Below, piece by piece: positions 29,075 to 39,042 of a DNA stretch of 64,000 nucleotides. The first letter of the stretch is position 1, and every line of letters begins with the position of its first letter. The position numbers and the translations under genes were made by a program. The notes beneath the pieces are model-generated. The model was not told where the DNA came from. It ran no database searches and saw only the letters and a list, made by a program, of their open reading frames with translations. The DNA is from an uncultured Verrucomicrobiae bacterium (GTDB lineage Bacteria; Verrucomicrobiota; Verrucomicrobiia; Limisphaerales; Palsa-1400), in NCBI GenBank assembly GCA_963702845.1, contig OY969763.1:4352001-4416000 (forward strand), written 5' to 3'.

Positions 29075-29764
29075 ATGGCACTGGTCGAGCTCCGCAACGT
29101 CAGCAAGATTTATCATCTCGGCGGCGAAGAAATTCGCGCTTTGGATGATGTGTCGCTCGACATCGAAGCCGGTGAATTCATTTCCATCATCGGCCCATCT
29201 GGTAGCGGAAAATCCACGTTGATGCACATTCTCGGCTGCCTCGACAAACCAAGTCGCGGCACAATGGTGCTGGACGGCATTGCCATCGAGAACGCTTCAG
29301 CGGCACAACTGGCGAGTGTGCGAAACGCGAAAATCGGTTTCGTATTCCAGTTCTTCAACTTGCTGCCCAAGCTGAACGTTTTGCAAAATGTGGAACTACC
29401 GATGGTTTACAGCGGTAAGAATGCAAAACAACGCCGCGACCACGCCATGGAAGCTCTGAAAATGGTCGGCTTGGAAAATCGCATCAAACATCGGCCCATG
29501 CAGCTTTCCGGTGGTCAACAGCAACGCGTCGCCATCGCCCGAGCGTTGGTTAACAATCCAAAAATTATTTTCGCCGATGAACCGACCGGCAATCTTGATT
29601 CGAAAACGGGCGAAACGATTCTCGCGCTGTTCAAACAACTGAGCGATGAAGGCCGCACGGTCGCTCTGGTCACGCACGACGATGAAATCGCCGCGCGCAC
29701 GCCGCGACGCATTGAAATTCGCGATGGTAAAATCACCAACCTTCAAAACGCTGTCGCCTTTTAA
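29075..29764 (+). CDS. ABC transporter ATP-binding subunit (MacB/LolD-like)
   Basis: GPSGSGKST, LSGGQQQRVAIARAL, ADEPTGNLD. Confidence 0.95.
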   Translation: MALVELRNVSKIYHLGGEEIRALDDVSLDIEAGEFISIIGPSGSGKSTLMHILGCLDKPSRGTMVLDGIAIENASAAQLASVRNAKIGFVFQFFNLLPKLNVLQNVELPMVYSGKNAKQRRDHAMEALKMVGLENRIKHRPMQLSGGQQQRVAIARALVNNPKIIFADEPTGNLDSKTGETILALFKQLSDEGRTVALVTHDDEIAARTPRRIEIRDGKITNLQNAVAF

Positions 29765-29775
29765 GTTTAATCACC

Positions 29776-31143
29776 GTGAACCATATTCTCAACGCGTTCA
29801 TCATCGGCTTTAAAGAAATCTGGGCGCATAAGTTCCGCTCAGCCTTGACGATGCTCGGGATTATTCTCGGTGTGGCCAGCCTTGTCGGCATGTCCGCGTT
29901 GGTCAAAGGAATCGAAAACGGCATGCGCGAGGCGCTGATTGCAGTCGGCGGGTTGGAAAAAGTCCGTATTGAAGAAGACGATATTCCCGCTGACCAACAG
30001 CATCTCGCCGATCAAGCCGTTGGTGTAACGATGGCCGATGTTTATGCGCTCCAGCGCAATGCTGACCTGATTCGTGCGGTCACTCCGGAAATGCGGACGC
30101 GCGACCCGATCATCACACACGGCGCTAAAACATATAGTTCAAGGTATTTCGCCGGAACGTGGCCGAGTGCTTTGGAGATGAACCAGCACACAATCCAGTA
30201 CGGCCGAATGTTTAACGAAATCGACGATGAAAATGCCCGCAACGTATGCGTCATCGGCACAGCCGTTCGCGACGCACTCTTCGGCAGTCCCGAGGAAACC
30301 GGCAAAGAAATCATTCCCGTTGGCGAAAAGGTAAACATCAAAGGCGAAGTGTTTACCATCATTGGAATGTTCCAACATTACGAAAGCGAGCAGGACGCCA
30401 AGAAACGAGAGTTGGCCAAATTGCAACCGCCCACGACGAACACCAACGGACCCGCGCGTCAGCGCAGTATGTTTGGGCGAAAAGGCAGCAGCAGCTATAT
30501 CTTCACCTGGAAAAACTCCACCATCTACATTCCGCTCAACACGATGTGGCTCAAATTCCGGTCGGCTGCGGGCAGTAATAATATTCCCGACCCACGCCTC
30601 ACCAGCTTGTCAGTGAAGGTACGTGACGTGAATCAACTGGACCCGACCATTCGTCAACTGCGCAACGTCCTCATGATTACGCATCACGCGATTGAGGACT
30701 TCGGAATTCAAACGCAGGAAGATTGGGCTCAGAGCATCAATAGCGCCGTGGCAAATGCCCGTATGAGCGGCGGCCTGATTTCGCTCATCAGCCTGCTCGT
30801 CGGTGGCATCGGAATCACGAACATCATGCTGGCCAGCATCACAGAGCGCATTCGGGAAATCGGCATCCGCAAAGCCATTGGCGCGACCTATTCGGATATC
30901 TTCATCCAGATTCTCGTCGAGAGCGTCGTCATCGCCATCATCGGCGGCGCGGCCGGATTGATCGCCTCGCTCGGTTTAGTCGAAGTGCTTACATTAATTT
31001 CGAAGGAAAACACTCCCGTGATCACCTTATCCTCAATGCTACTTGCGTTCTCGTTCAGCGCTGGCGTGGGCGTGTTGGCGGGACTTATCCCCGCACTCAA
31101 AGCTGCGAAACTCGACCCCATTCAAGCGTTGCGCTACGAGTAA
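29776..31143 (+). CDS. MacB-like ABC transporter permease
   Basis: RSALTMLGIILG, VGGIGITNIML, ERIREIGIRKAIGA, DPIQALRYE. Confidence 0.93.
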   Translation: MNHILNAFIIGFKEIWAHKFRSALTMLGIILGVASLVGMSALVKGIENGMREALIAVGGLEKVRIEEDDIPADQQHLADQAVGVTMADVYALQRNADLIRAVTPEMRTRDPIITHGAKTYSSRYFAGTWPSALEMNQHTIQYGRMFNEIDDENARNVCVIGTAVRDALFGSPEETGKEIIPVGEKVNIKGEVFTIIGMFQHYESEQDAKKRELAKLQPPTTNTNGPARQRSMFGRKGSSSYIFTWKNSTIYIPLNTMWLKFRSAAGSNNIPDPRLTSLSVKVRDVNQLDPTIRQLRNVLMITHHAIEDFGIQTQEDWAQSINSAVANARMSGGLISLISLLVGGIGITNIMLASITERIREIGIRKAIGATYSDIFIQILVESVVIAIIGGAAGLIASLGLVEVLTLISKENTPVITLSSMLLAFSFSAGVGVLAGLIPALKAAKLDPIQALRYE

Positions 31144-31193
31144 CACACGTTTTGCTTGGATTGACCAATGCAGCCGTTATCTTTGTCGAACCT

Positions 31194-32102
31194 ATGAAAA
31201 CACGCTCTGTTCTTCGTGCGCTCTCGTACGTCGTTGCTGCCGTCCTGACCACCTCGACGATTTTCGCCGCCGACAAAGCGACCAAGCACGTTTTGTTCTT
31301 CAATAAGTCGTCTGGCTTCGAACACTCCGCCATCAAACACGCTCCGGGCGAACTTGCCGCTGCCGAGCAGGTCCTCAAGGAACTCGGCGCCAAGCACAAC
31401 ATCGAATTCACGTTCACCAAAGACGGCACGATGTTCACACCAGAGAATCTGAAGAAGTTCGATGCCTTCATGTTCTACACCACCGGCGATCTGACCACGG
31501 TCGGCACCGACGGCAATCCCGCGATGAGCAAAGAAGCCAAGGCCATGTTTCTTCAAGCGATCCACAACGGAAAAGGTTTTGTGGGTGTCCACAGTGCCAC
31601 CGACACATTTCACTCTCCTGGCGGCGAAAAGAACAGTCCCGCCCGCTATAAGAACGACGGCGACAATGCCGATCCCTACATCAAAATGATCGGCGGCGAA
31701 TTCATCAAACACGGCCAACAACAACCAGGGCACATGATTTGCGTGGACAAAAAGTTTCCCGGCATGAGCGACGTTCCGGCTGACTTCGCTCCGGTGGAAG
31801 AGTGGTACTCGCTCAAGGATTTCGCGCCGAACATGCACGTGTTGCTCGTTCAGGACACGTCCAAGATGCACGGCAAAATTTACGAACGCCCGAACTATCC
31901 CGCGACCTGGGCGCACATGTACGGCAAAGGCCGCGTATTTTACACCAACATGGGCCATCGCGAAGATGTCTGGACGAACTCAGTGTTCCAATCCGTTTTG
32001 ATGGGCGGTTTCGATTGGACACTGCGCCGGGTCAATGCCGACGTGAAACCCAACATCAAAAAGGTCACGCCCAAAGCCGACGTGATGCCTCCGATGGACT
32101 AG
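31194..32102 (+). CDS. Secreted ThuA-like domain protein
   Basis: Signal peptide; GFEHSAI, GFVGVHSATD, EEWY, GRVFYTNMGH. Confidence 0.85.
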   Translation: MKTRSVLRALSYVVAAVLTTSTIFAADKATKHVLFFNKSSGFEHSAIKHAPGELAAAEQVLKELGAKHNIEFTFTKDGTMFTPENLKKFDAFMFYTTGDLTTVGTDGNPAMSKEAKAMFLQAIHNGKGFVGVHSATDTFHSPGGEKNSPARYKNDGDNADPYIKMIGGEFIKHGQQQPGHMICVDKKFPGMSDVPADFAPVEEWYSLKDFAPNMHVLLVQDTSKMHGKIYERPNYPATWAHMYGKGRVFYTNMGHREDVWTNSVFQSVLMGGFDWTLRRVNADVKPNIKKVTPKADVMPPMD

Positions 32103-32104
32103 TC

Positions 32105-32950
32105 GTGAAACAAATCGCCACTATCACCGTCATCGGTCGCGACAAAACGGGTGTTGTCGCGCGCATTACCAATTTTCTTTTTGAGCAGCACGCCAACATC
32201 GAAGCGCTCGAGGAACAAGTCACTCGTGGCCAATTCAGCATGACGCTGCAGGCTTCCTGGAGCCCAAGCGCCTGCCGCCGGAGCGCGATTGTCGAGGGTT
32301 TGCAGAAGTTCGCGCAAACGCTCGGCATGGAAATCAATATCCGCTTCACCGAGCCCAATCGCCGCCAGCGCATGGCCATGATGGTGACGCGCGAACCGCA
32401 TTGCGCGCAGGCCATCATGTCCGCGCTCAAGCATGGAAAGCTTAAGACAGACGCCGCAGTGATGATTTCCAACCGCCGCGAACTCGCAGCGATGGGCAAG
32501 GATTTCAAAATCCCGTTCGAGTATGTCCCATGGGATGATCGCGGCTCGGCGGAAAAGCAAACGCTCGCTTTGTTGCGAGACTACGAAGTTGATTACGTTG
32601 TGCTCGCGCGGTTCATGAAAATTTTGTCGCCGAACTTCGTTTGGCGTTACAAAAATAAAATCATCAACATTCATCCCTCGCTCTTGCCGAGCTTTCCGGG
32701 CCCGCAACCCTACCGCCAGGCCTACGAACACGGCGTGAAAATCATCGGGGTCACCGCCCATTTTGTCAGCATGCACCTGGACGAAGGTCCGATCATCGCC
32801 CAAGCCAGCGCTCCCATTCAGTCCCACGCTGCACTTAAAGACATCATCGCCATCGGCCAAAAACTCGAATCGAAGGTATTGGTGAAAGGAATTCAACTTT
32901 ATCTCAGCAAGAAATTGGATGTCTATTGGGGCGTGGTGAAGGAAGTGTAA
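32105..32950 (+). CDS. purU: Formyltetrahydrofolate deformylase
   Basis: N-terminal ACT domain (GRDKTGVVARIT), LARFMKILS, INIHPSLLPSFPG, GVTAHFV...LDEGPII; GTG start at 32105. Confidence 0.9.
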   Translation: MKQIATITVIGRDKTGVVARITNFLFEQHANIEALEEQVTRGQFSMTLQASWSPSACRRSAIVEGLQKFAQTLGMEINIRFTEPNRRQRMAMMVTREPHCAQAIMSALKHGKLKTDAAVMISNRRELAAMGKDFKIPFEYVPWDDRGSAEKQTLALLRDYEVDYVVLARFMKILSPNFVWRYKNKIINIHPSLLPSFPGPQPYRQAYEHGVKIIGVTAHFVSMHLDEGPIIAQASAPIQSHAALKDIIAIGQKLESKVLVKGIQLYLSKKLDVYWGVVKEV

Positions 32951-32951
32951 A

Positions 32952-32987
32952 AAGCTCCAGAGAAACTTCCCCTCTTCTCTGGAGTTT
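32952..32987 (+). terminator. Candidate intrinsic terminator after purU
   Basis: CTCCAGAGAA / TTCTCTGGAG 10-bp stem followed by TTT. Confidence 0.5.
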
Positions 32988-33019
32988 GAATTTTGAAGTT
33001 TGCAGTTTAACCTAATCCC

Positions 33020-33982
33020 GTGAGCGATTTACTGACTGGCCTTCTTGCCGCGCTGATTTCCACCAATCCAGCCGCTGGGGTAAGTAACGTCATCCACAAC
33101 ACAACCGGCATCGCACCCAAAATCGAAATCGCCAACCCAAACGATCCTGTCGAGAAGCAATACCTCCAACTCCTCGCTGACGACAATGCAGCCCAGGAAG
33201 AAGTCGATAAATGGATCCGCGACAACGAAGCATTCCGCCAAAAAGGCGCCGCGGCGCCCGAAGGCACCTTGCGCCTGCGCATCGAACAACGCTTCGAGCC
33301 TGTAACAAAAGCCTACGAAAGTTTTCTTCAGGAACATCCGAACCACACCAAGGCGCGGCTCGCGTATGGCAGTTTTCTCAACGATATCCATGACGAGGAG
33401 GGCGCAGTAAAGCAGTGGGAAAAAGCACGCGAACTCGACCCTAAAGATCCGGCGGCGTGGAACAATCTCGCAAATATTTATGCCCATCGCAGTCCGATTA
33501 AAAAAGGTTTTGAGTACTACGAAAAAGCGATCGAACTGAATCCGAAGGAACCAGTCTACATCGAAAATCTGGCTGTGTGCGTCTACATGTTCCGAACCGA
33601 CGCGAAAGAATATTACCATCTCACCGAAGATCAGGTGTTCGACAAGGCACTCGCGCTTTACCGGCAGGCGATGAAACTGGATCCGAGCAATTTTCTGCTC
33701 GCCAGTGACTACGCGCAAAGTTTCTACGGCACGAAACCGCCCCGCTATAAAGATGGGCTCGACGCGTGGAAAAACGTTTTGCCGCTCGCGCGAGATGAGA
33801 TCGAACGCGAAGGCGTTTTCATCCATCTTGCGCGGATTGAAACCAAGCTCGGTGACTTCCCCGACGCTCAAAAACATCTCAGCGTTGTGACCAACGACAT
33901 GTACGCCGGGATCAAGAAAACGCTGACCAGGAACTTAAAAGAAGCGCAGGAAAAGATGACCAATTCGACTCCAATTCGCTAA
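33020..33982 (+). CDS. Tetratricopeptide repeat protein
   Basis: Repeated TPR units (WEKARELDP..AAWNNLA, YEKAIELNP, YRQAMKLDP). Confidence 0.85.
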   Translation: MSDLLTGLLAALISTNPAAGVSNVIHNTTGIAPKIEIANPNDPVEKQYLQLLADDNAAQEEVDKWIRDNEAFRQKGAAAPEGTLRLRIEQRFEPVTKAYESFLQEHPNHTKARLAYGSFLNDIHDEEGAVKQWEKARELDPKDPAAWNNLANIYAHRSPIKKGFEYYEKAIELNPKEPVYIENLAVCVYMFRTDAKEYYHLTEDQVFDKALALYRQAMKLDPSNFLLASDYAQSFYGTKPPRYKDGLDAWKNVLPLARDEIEREGVFIHLARIETKLGDFPDAQKHLSVVTNDMYAGIKKTLTRNLKEAQEKMTNSTPIR

Positions 33983-34019
33983 CCCAGCGCGGCACGATTT
34001 CGGTGTTATTTCGAAAAGC

Positions 34020-34055
34020 AAAAATCCGAACGACGCCCATCGTTCGGATTTTTTT
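34020..34055. terminator. Bidirectional intrinsic terminator
   Basis: AAAAATCCGAACGA-N6-TCGTTCGGATTTTTTT, with T tracts on both strands. Confidence 0.8.
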
Positions 34056-34059
34056 CGAT

Positions 34060-34205
34060 AGTGAGATCGATAGTGGGTGATGAGGGCATTTCCACCGTCA
34101 CCCGCGGCGGCTTATGAAATAATGAGGTTTCCGATCCGTTCCTGTCCGCCTCATTATAAGCGATGTCCTCTCCGCTGTTTCTCTGGACAGAGCGCTATCA
34201 CAACA
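34060..34205. ncRNA. Candidate structured small RNA (unassigned)
   Basis: Closing stem plus three internal stems, 7 GGA motifs on the minus strand, adjacent to the terminator. Confidence 0.35.
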
Positions 34206-34355
34206 GAAAACCTGTTGCGCTGCAAGTACTTTTGATATCAGGTTGCTGTAGGGCAATGCCTCACACCCGCATAGAACAAGACACTACAATCATTAGAATC
34301 ACTTATTTTCAATCCAGTCGCTTTAGTTATTTCGATTCTGTATTTAATCGCTCGG

Positions 34356-35216
34356 TTACAGGTACTTGGCGATGATCGGGCTCAGTTTTTTGATGGTACC
34401 TTTTGGCCAGCAACTGCGTTCGGTCATAATCGCATTACGCAATGCGTTGTGACAAGGCCAGTTCGGCTGCTTCGGAATTTGCGGTAACACGCGCTTGATG
34501 ATCGCTTTGGCTTGCTCCGCGTTTTTGCGCAGGTTGGCCACGACCATATCGACGGTGACGTGCGCTTCGTCAACTTTCCACGCGTCGTAGTCGGTAATCA
34601 TCGCCATCGTGGAATACGCAATTTCAGCTTCGCGGGCGCACTTGGCTTCGCCCAGGTTCGTCATGCCGATGACGTCGTAACCGAGCTTGTGATTCGTAAT
34701 CGATTCCGCGCGCGTGCTGAAGGCCGGGCCTTCCATGTTCACGTAAGCGCCACCGTTATGGACGCGGGCGCGTTCGGCTTTCGCGGCTTTGTAGATCAAC
34801 GAGCGAAGTTCATTGCAAATCGGGTCGGCGAAGGCGATGTGGCCGACGATACCATTTCCGAAAAACGTATGCTCGAATGAACGCTTGGTGCGATCGACGA
34901 ATTGATCGGGCAAGACGATGTCGCACGGTTTGTATTTTGCTTGCAACGAACCGACGGCGCTCACGCTGATAATCCAGGCGACGTTCAGCATTTTCATGCC
35001 GTAGATATTGGCGCGATGGTTCAACTCGCTCGGCAGGACGCGATGACCGCGACCATGGCGTGGGAGGAAGACCACTTCGCGGCCGGCGAGTTCGCCGGTG
35101 AGGTAATCATCCGAGGGCGTGCCAAAGGGAGTTTTGACTTTCACCCATTTTTGTTTGGTGAAGCCTTCGATGTGATACAGGCCGCTGCCGCCGATTAGTC
35201 CGATACGATTGTTCAT
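34356..35216 (-). CDS. mtnP: S-methyl-5'-thioadenosine phosphorylase
   Basis: IGLIGGSGLY, PRHGRGH, MEGPAFSTRAES, IGMT...EA..AREAEI, TDYD. Confidence 0.92.
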   Translation of the reverse strand: MNNRIGLIGGSGLYHIEGFTKQKWVKVKTPFGTPSDDYLTGELAGREVVFLPRHGRGHRVLPSELNHRANIYGMKMLNVAWIISVSAVGSLQAKYKPCDIVLPDQFVDRTKRSFEHTFFGNGIVGHIAFADPICNELRSLIYKAAKAERARVHNGGAYVNMEGPAFSTRAESITNHKLGYDVIGMTNLGEAKCAREAEIAYSTMAMITDYDAWKVDEAHVTVDMVVANLRKNAEQAKAIIKRVLPQIPKQPNWPCHNALRNAIMTERSCWPKGTIKKLSPIIAKYL

Positions 35217-35264
35217 ACAAAAAGTGTTGAGATAAGCTCTCGCTGTGCCCGGGTCAAGCAACGC

Positions 35265-35942
35265 TTACAGCATTCGCGCCACGTAATGCAGCACTTGATG
35301 ATTGCAGTGTACCCATAAACCGAGCGCGTCGACGATGTCCCGATGCGCGACCATCGGAACGCCGATGAGCAACACGAACGCGTTGCCCAAAAAAATCACG
35401 ACGCCCGAAAACAAGTAGCCCTGGCTCGTGATGTCGCTCTGGCGCGTCTTCAAAATGTGCCACGTCAACGTGAGGTGGAACGCATAGGCCGCGCCGAGCA
35501 GCAGATGGAACCACGTGATGTAACGGGTCCAGTGCCAGATAAAATTCCCGATCACAAACAGCAGCACCAACAGCACCGCGTAGAGCGGAAAAAAATACGG
35601 CGCCAGCGCGATGACGAAGTTATTCTTCGTCACGATGACGTGGCCGCCTTCGGAAGTTGCTTTGAACTTCTTTACTTTGCCGCCGAAAAACCAGGTCCAG
35701 ACGGCATGCGTTAATTCGTGACCGACGACGTAAACCCACATCGGTTTCGGCAAGAGCACAAACACCACGACCCAGCAAGCTGCGCCGGCCAGCATCGGCA
35801 ACCAGATTTCATGCGCGCCACCGGAGTGGCTGAACACGGCCCAAAGCGCCTTCGTGGTGCCGATGCAGATCGGCAGCAACAGAACGGCGACAAGGAATTT
35901 TACCCACTTTGGCACTGGCCCGAGCTTCGGAAAAAATCCCAC
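35265..35942 (-). CDS. Membrane protein with HExxH motif (M50-like metalloprotease)
   Basis: HELTH, LAPY, multiple TM segments. Confidence 0.65.
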   Translation of the reverse strand: MGFFPKLGPVPKWVKFLVAVLLLPICIGTTKALWAVFSHSGGAHEIWLPMLAGAACWVVVFVLLPKPMWVYVVGHELTHAVWTWFFGGKVKKFKATSEGGHVIVTKNNFVIALAPYFFPLYAVLLVLLFVIGNFIWHWTRYITWFHLLLGAAYAFHLTLTWHILKTRQSDITSQGYLFSGVVIFLGNAFVLLIGVPMVAHRDIVDALGLWVHCNHQVLHYVARML

Positions 35943-35969
35943 GTCATGCGAGAATTATCTGCATCGGGC

Positions 35970-37172
35970 TTAGTTCGCCAATTCGTAGGCGTAGCCTTTC
36001 AAGTATTCCGTTTCGGCCACCGACGGCAGAACCGGGTGGTCCGGCGACTGGGTGTAGGCGGCGACTCGGCGTAATAAGCGACGCGCGTCGTAGGCAGCGT
36101 CCAAAATCACGGCCTCAAACATCTCTGAATCGACGTGGTGCGAGCAACAGAATGTCGCGAGCGTTCCGCCGGGGCGGAGCAGCTTGAGCGCGCGCAAATG
36201 GATTTCTTTGTAGCCGCGCATGGCGTCGGGAATGGCGGAGCGTGTGCGGGTGAACGACGGCGGGTCGAGGATGATGCCGTCGAATTTCGGGACGACTTTC
36301 TCGTGCGGACGGACCGCGGTTTGGGCTTTCAGGAAATCGAAGACGTTGACGGTCTCGAAGGTGCACTTATTGGCGAGTCCGTTCTTTTGGGCGTGACGTT
36401 GGGCGGCAGCGTTGGCGTCGGCGCTTTGGTCGAGGGCGTGGACTTGGACGGCGCCGGCTCGCGCGCAATGCAGGGCGAATCCGCCCATGAAGCTAAAACA
36501 GTCGAGGACCTGGCCGCGATTGATCAGCTCGGCGACGAGTTGGTAATTGCGCTGTTGGTCGAGGTAGAGGCCGGTTTTGTGGCCACCGGCAATGTCGACG
36601 TCGAATTTGAGACCGTTCAGTTCAATTGGCACCGGGCCTTCGAGGGAACCGACGAGGACACCGTTGGCTTCGGCGAGTCCTTCGAATTTGCGGAAGCTGG
36701 CTTCGCTACGTTCCACGATGGCGCGCGGCGAGAAGACTTCAATCAAGGCGTCGAGGATAAGCGGTTTGCGCTGGTCCATCGCCAACGACGAAATCTGCAC
36801 GACGAGGACGTCGGCATATTTGTCGACGATGAGGCCGCTCAAAAAATCGCTCTCGGCGTTGACGACGCGAAAGGAGTTAGCTTTGGGCAGATGCCGTTTT
36901 CGGATGTCGAGGGCGGCGCGGATGCGACTGACAAAAAAGGCGAGGTCGATCTCGACCTTTTCCGGCGCAATCATGCGGACGCTGATCTTGGACTTGGAAT
37001 TGTAAAAGCCGACGCCAAGGAATCGTTGGCGATGGTCTTTGACCTGGACGAGCACGCCGTCTTCCGCAGGAGCGGTGAGGCGGATGATGGAACCGGAATA
37101 GATCCACGGATGACCGGCAATAACGCGATCGGCTTCGCCTGGACGTAGTAAGACAGTTGATAATGTTTGCAT
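35970..37172 (-). CDS. RlmI-like class I SAM-dependent rRNA methyltransferase
   Basis: GHPWIY PUA domain, GHKTGLYLDQ, ILDPPSF, ETEYLK. Confidence 0.9.
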   Translation of the reverse strand: MQTLSTVLLRPGEADRVIAGHPWIYSGSIIRLTAPAEDGVLVQVKDHRQRFLGVGFYNSKSKISVRMIAPEKVEIDLAFFVSRIRAALDIRKRHLPKANSFRVVNAESDFLSGLIVDKYADVLVVQISSLAMDQRKPLILDALIEVFSPRAIVERSEASFRKFEGLAEANGVLVGSLEGPVPIELNGLKFDVDIAGGHKTGLYLDQQRNYQLVAELINRGQVLDCFSFMGGFALHCARAGAVQVHALDQSADANAAAQRHAQKNGLANKCTFETVNVFDFLKAQTAVRPHEKVVPKFDGIILDPPSFTRTRSAIPDAMRGYKEIHLRALKLLRPGGTLATFCCSHHVDSEMFEAVILDAAYDARRLLRRVAAYTQSPDHPVLPSVAETEYLKGYAYELAN

Positions 37173-37621
37173 GGTTGTAAACAGGACGCAGACAATAGAC
37201 CATCAACACGGCAAGAGACCAAGGGTGAAAAATTTTGTCGCCCCATCCAATGTTCAACGGAATTGCTCGAAGATGTGTCTCGCGAAGGACGCAATGGGTG
37301 CGAAGGTCTGAATGGAACATCGTTGGTTTCAAGTTGTGGCGTTGGTTTCATAGTGGTTTGGTACAAATATTTTTTTGGGTTTAAGTGGACACAGGGGGTC
37401 GTTGTTGGACGAAATTGGATGTTAATGGGCGAAAGTGGGCACCCCCCTCTGGTCGAAAATGGACGAAAGTGGGCAGGCATTGGTAGCAAGCAAGCCGGAG
37501 TCACCATCGACAAAGAATTGTCGTGGCTCGCCCGGTTCGGTGCGGGAATCAAAATCGCCGCGCTGTCTTTATGTTGCATGTATCGCATAACGCGACCGAT
37601 GATGCCATAAAGTCGCTACGC

Positions 37622-37721
37622 GTCAAAAAATGTAGGGAAAGCAGGGAAACCAGGGAAAGAAACAGCACTTTTTCTGCACTAAATCTCACCACCAAGACAC
37701 CAAGGCACAAAGAATGCTAAG
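37622..37721. repeat. Direct repeat, copy 1
   Basis: Shares an identical 25-mer AGGGAAAGAAACAGCACTTTTTCTG (37652-37676) and flanking similarity with 38820-38903. Confidence 0.8.
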
Positions 37722-37897
37722 GGTAAAAAAGTCGAGTCAACGCAAAGGCGCAAAGATAGGAAGACGCGAAGAACGAAGGAAATTAACAGGAACTTCGAAC
37801 GTCCAGCATCGAACGACAGACGGAGCAAAGAGGATTTGGAACTCAGGAAAATAAAACCCGGATGCGGAGAAACTTGTGCAGAGGGATGCGGCGCGAC

Positions 37898-38557
37898 TCA
37901 CAGCTTCACGTTGTAACGTTGCATGATATCGTTGAGTAATTCGAAGTGGAACTCGATGTCGTGATGCGTGGCCAAAGCGCTCACGGCCTCTCGTTTGGGA
38001 TGGCCGTTTTGAAACAGGTCGGCGAGTTCGTTCATGAAGCGCTCGTGTCCTCCGGGAACATAGATTTCCACGCAGCGCGCCTGTCCCGGGCCGGCGTTCC
38101 AGAACGCGTGGATAAGGCCACGGGGGCGTAGATGCCAACCGCCGGCGGGAACAGCAGTCACCTGCTTATCTACCAGGATATGCACCGTCCCCTCTAACAC
38201 GCGGCAGATTTCATCAAACCCACGGTGAAGATGCGGAACCGCGCCGATTGTTCCCGGCTCCAAAACCAATTCTGTGCTTCCCAACAGACCGTCCGTGTCT
38301 TCACTGTTCATCTTGAAGGCGATTTGAGCGAATTTCCCGTGGCGTCGTGCGTTCGGGGCGATGTAGACAGCTTGACGCTGCAGTTTTGCCTCCGAGGCGG
38401 AAGGTTTGGGCAGCGGGGCTTCGTCGGCTGCGCGAGCCGTGCTATAACCCGCGGTCACCGCTGCTGCCGCCAGCCATTTGATCAGATCGCGCCGGTTAAC
38501 AATTTCGGCAGGCGCGCGGCGGTTCGAGGACGCAGCGGAACGATCAAACTTTTGCAT
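37898..38557 (-). CDS. Cupin domain protein with Tat-like signal
   Basis: NRRDLIK twin-arginine signal; PHLH...E...VLEG and PRGLIH cupin motifs; start uncertain. Confidence 0.85.
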   Translation of the reverse strand: MQKFDRSAASSNRRAPAEIVNRRDLIKWLAAAAVTAGYSTARAADEAPLPKPSASEAKLQRQAVYIAPNARRHGKFAQIAFKMNSEDTDGLLGSTELVLEPGTIGAVPHLHRGFDEICRVLEGTVHILVDKQVTAVPAGGWHLRPRGLIHAFWNAGPGQARCVEIYVPGGHERFMNELADLFQNGHPKREAVSALATHHDIEFHFELLNDIMQRYNVKL

Positions 38558-38819
38558 GACAAGATGTTCGCTTGTTCGAAAGGCCAAACCCAGACATATG
38601 ACTGAATTTTTTGCTCCTTCGCTTCGATTGCGGGACTCAGCCGGAAGACGTCGGAACTGATGCCTTTTTCCTTTCCGACTGTACAGGTGCGAGCGCGCTG
38701 GAATGGGTGACGACATTGTATCGCATAGCTGGCCTTTCTTTGTTGCGATGAGCGTTATTGCGCATCAGTCTGAGTTATTTGTCGGAACGAGGGCGAGCCA
38801 TACGTGAAGTAACGCAACT

Positions 38820-38903
38820 GTCAAACAATGTAGGAAAAGGAGGGAAAGAAACAGCACTTTTTCTGGACAAAATTTAACGCAACAAGGCACAAAGATTGCT
38901 GAG
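38820..38903. repeat. Direct repeat, copy 2
   Basis: Identical 25-mer at 38841-38865, then CAAGGCACAAAGA.TGCT.AG as in copy 1. Confidence 0.8.
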
Positions 38904-39042
38904 CGGTTTTCCAGCCACGGGTCAAACACGGATGGGAAAAACCACAGAGCCGAGGGCAAACGACCGAATCAGAAACGCAAACCGAGATCGGCCATTACGC
39001 CCGTATTTGACATCACTCGCACAAGTGGAAACGTAGTTAATT

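Noticed and set aside
34056..34205. Assignment as SRP RNA, 6S RNA or a known riboswitch
   Set aside because: No SRP domain IV motif, not a single long rod, and it lies downstream of both flanking genes
36135..37148. 337-aa plus-strand ORF, and similar long antisense ORFs over ThuA, purU, TPR, amn, htrA and DegT
   Set aside because: They mirror well-supported genes on the opposite strand and have no motifs; expected from codon bias
36971..37610. Opposing ORFs of 205 and 147 aa upstream of the rlmI-like gene
   Set aside because: Atypical composition, no domains, and overlap with the real gene start
37622..38903. CRISPR array or integron
   Set aside because: Only two repeat copies 1.2 kb apart, no regular spacers, no cas or intI gene, and no attC-like inverted ends seen
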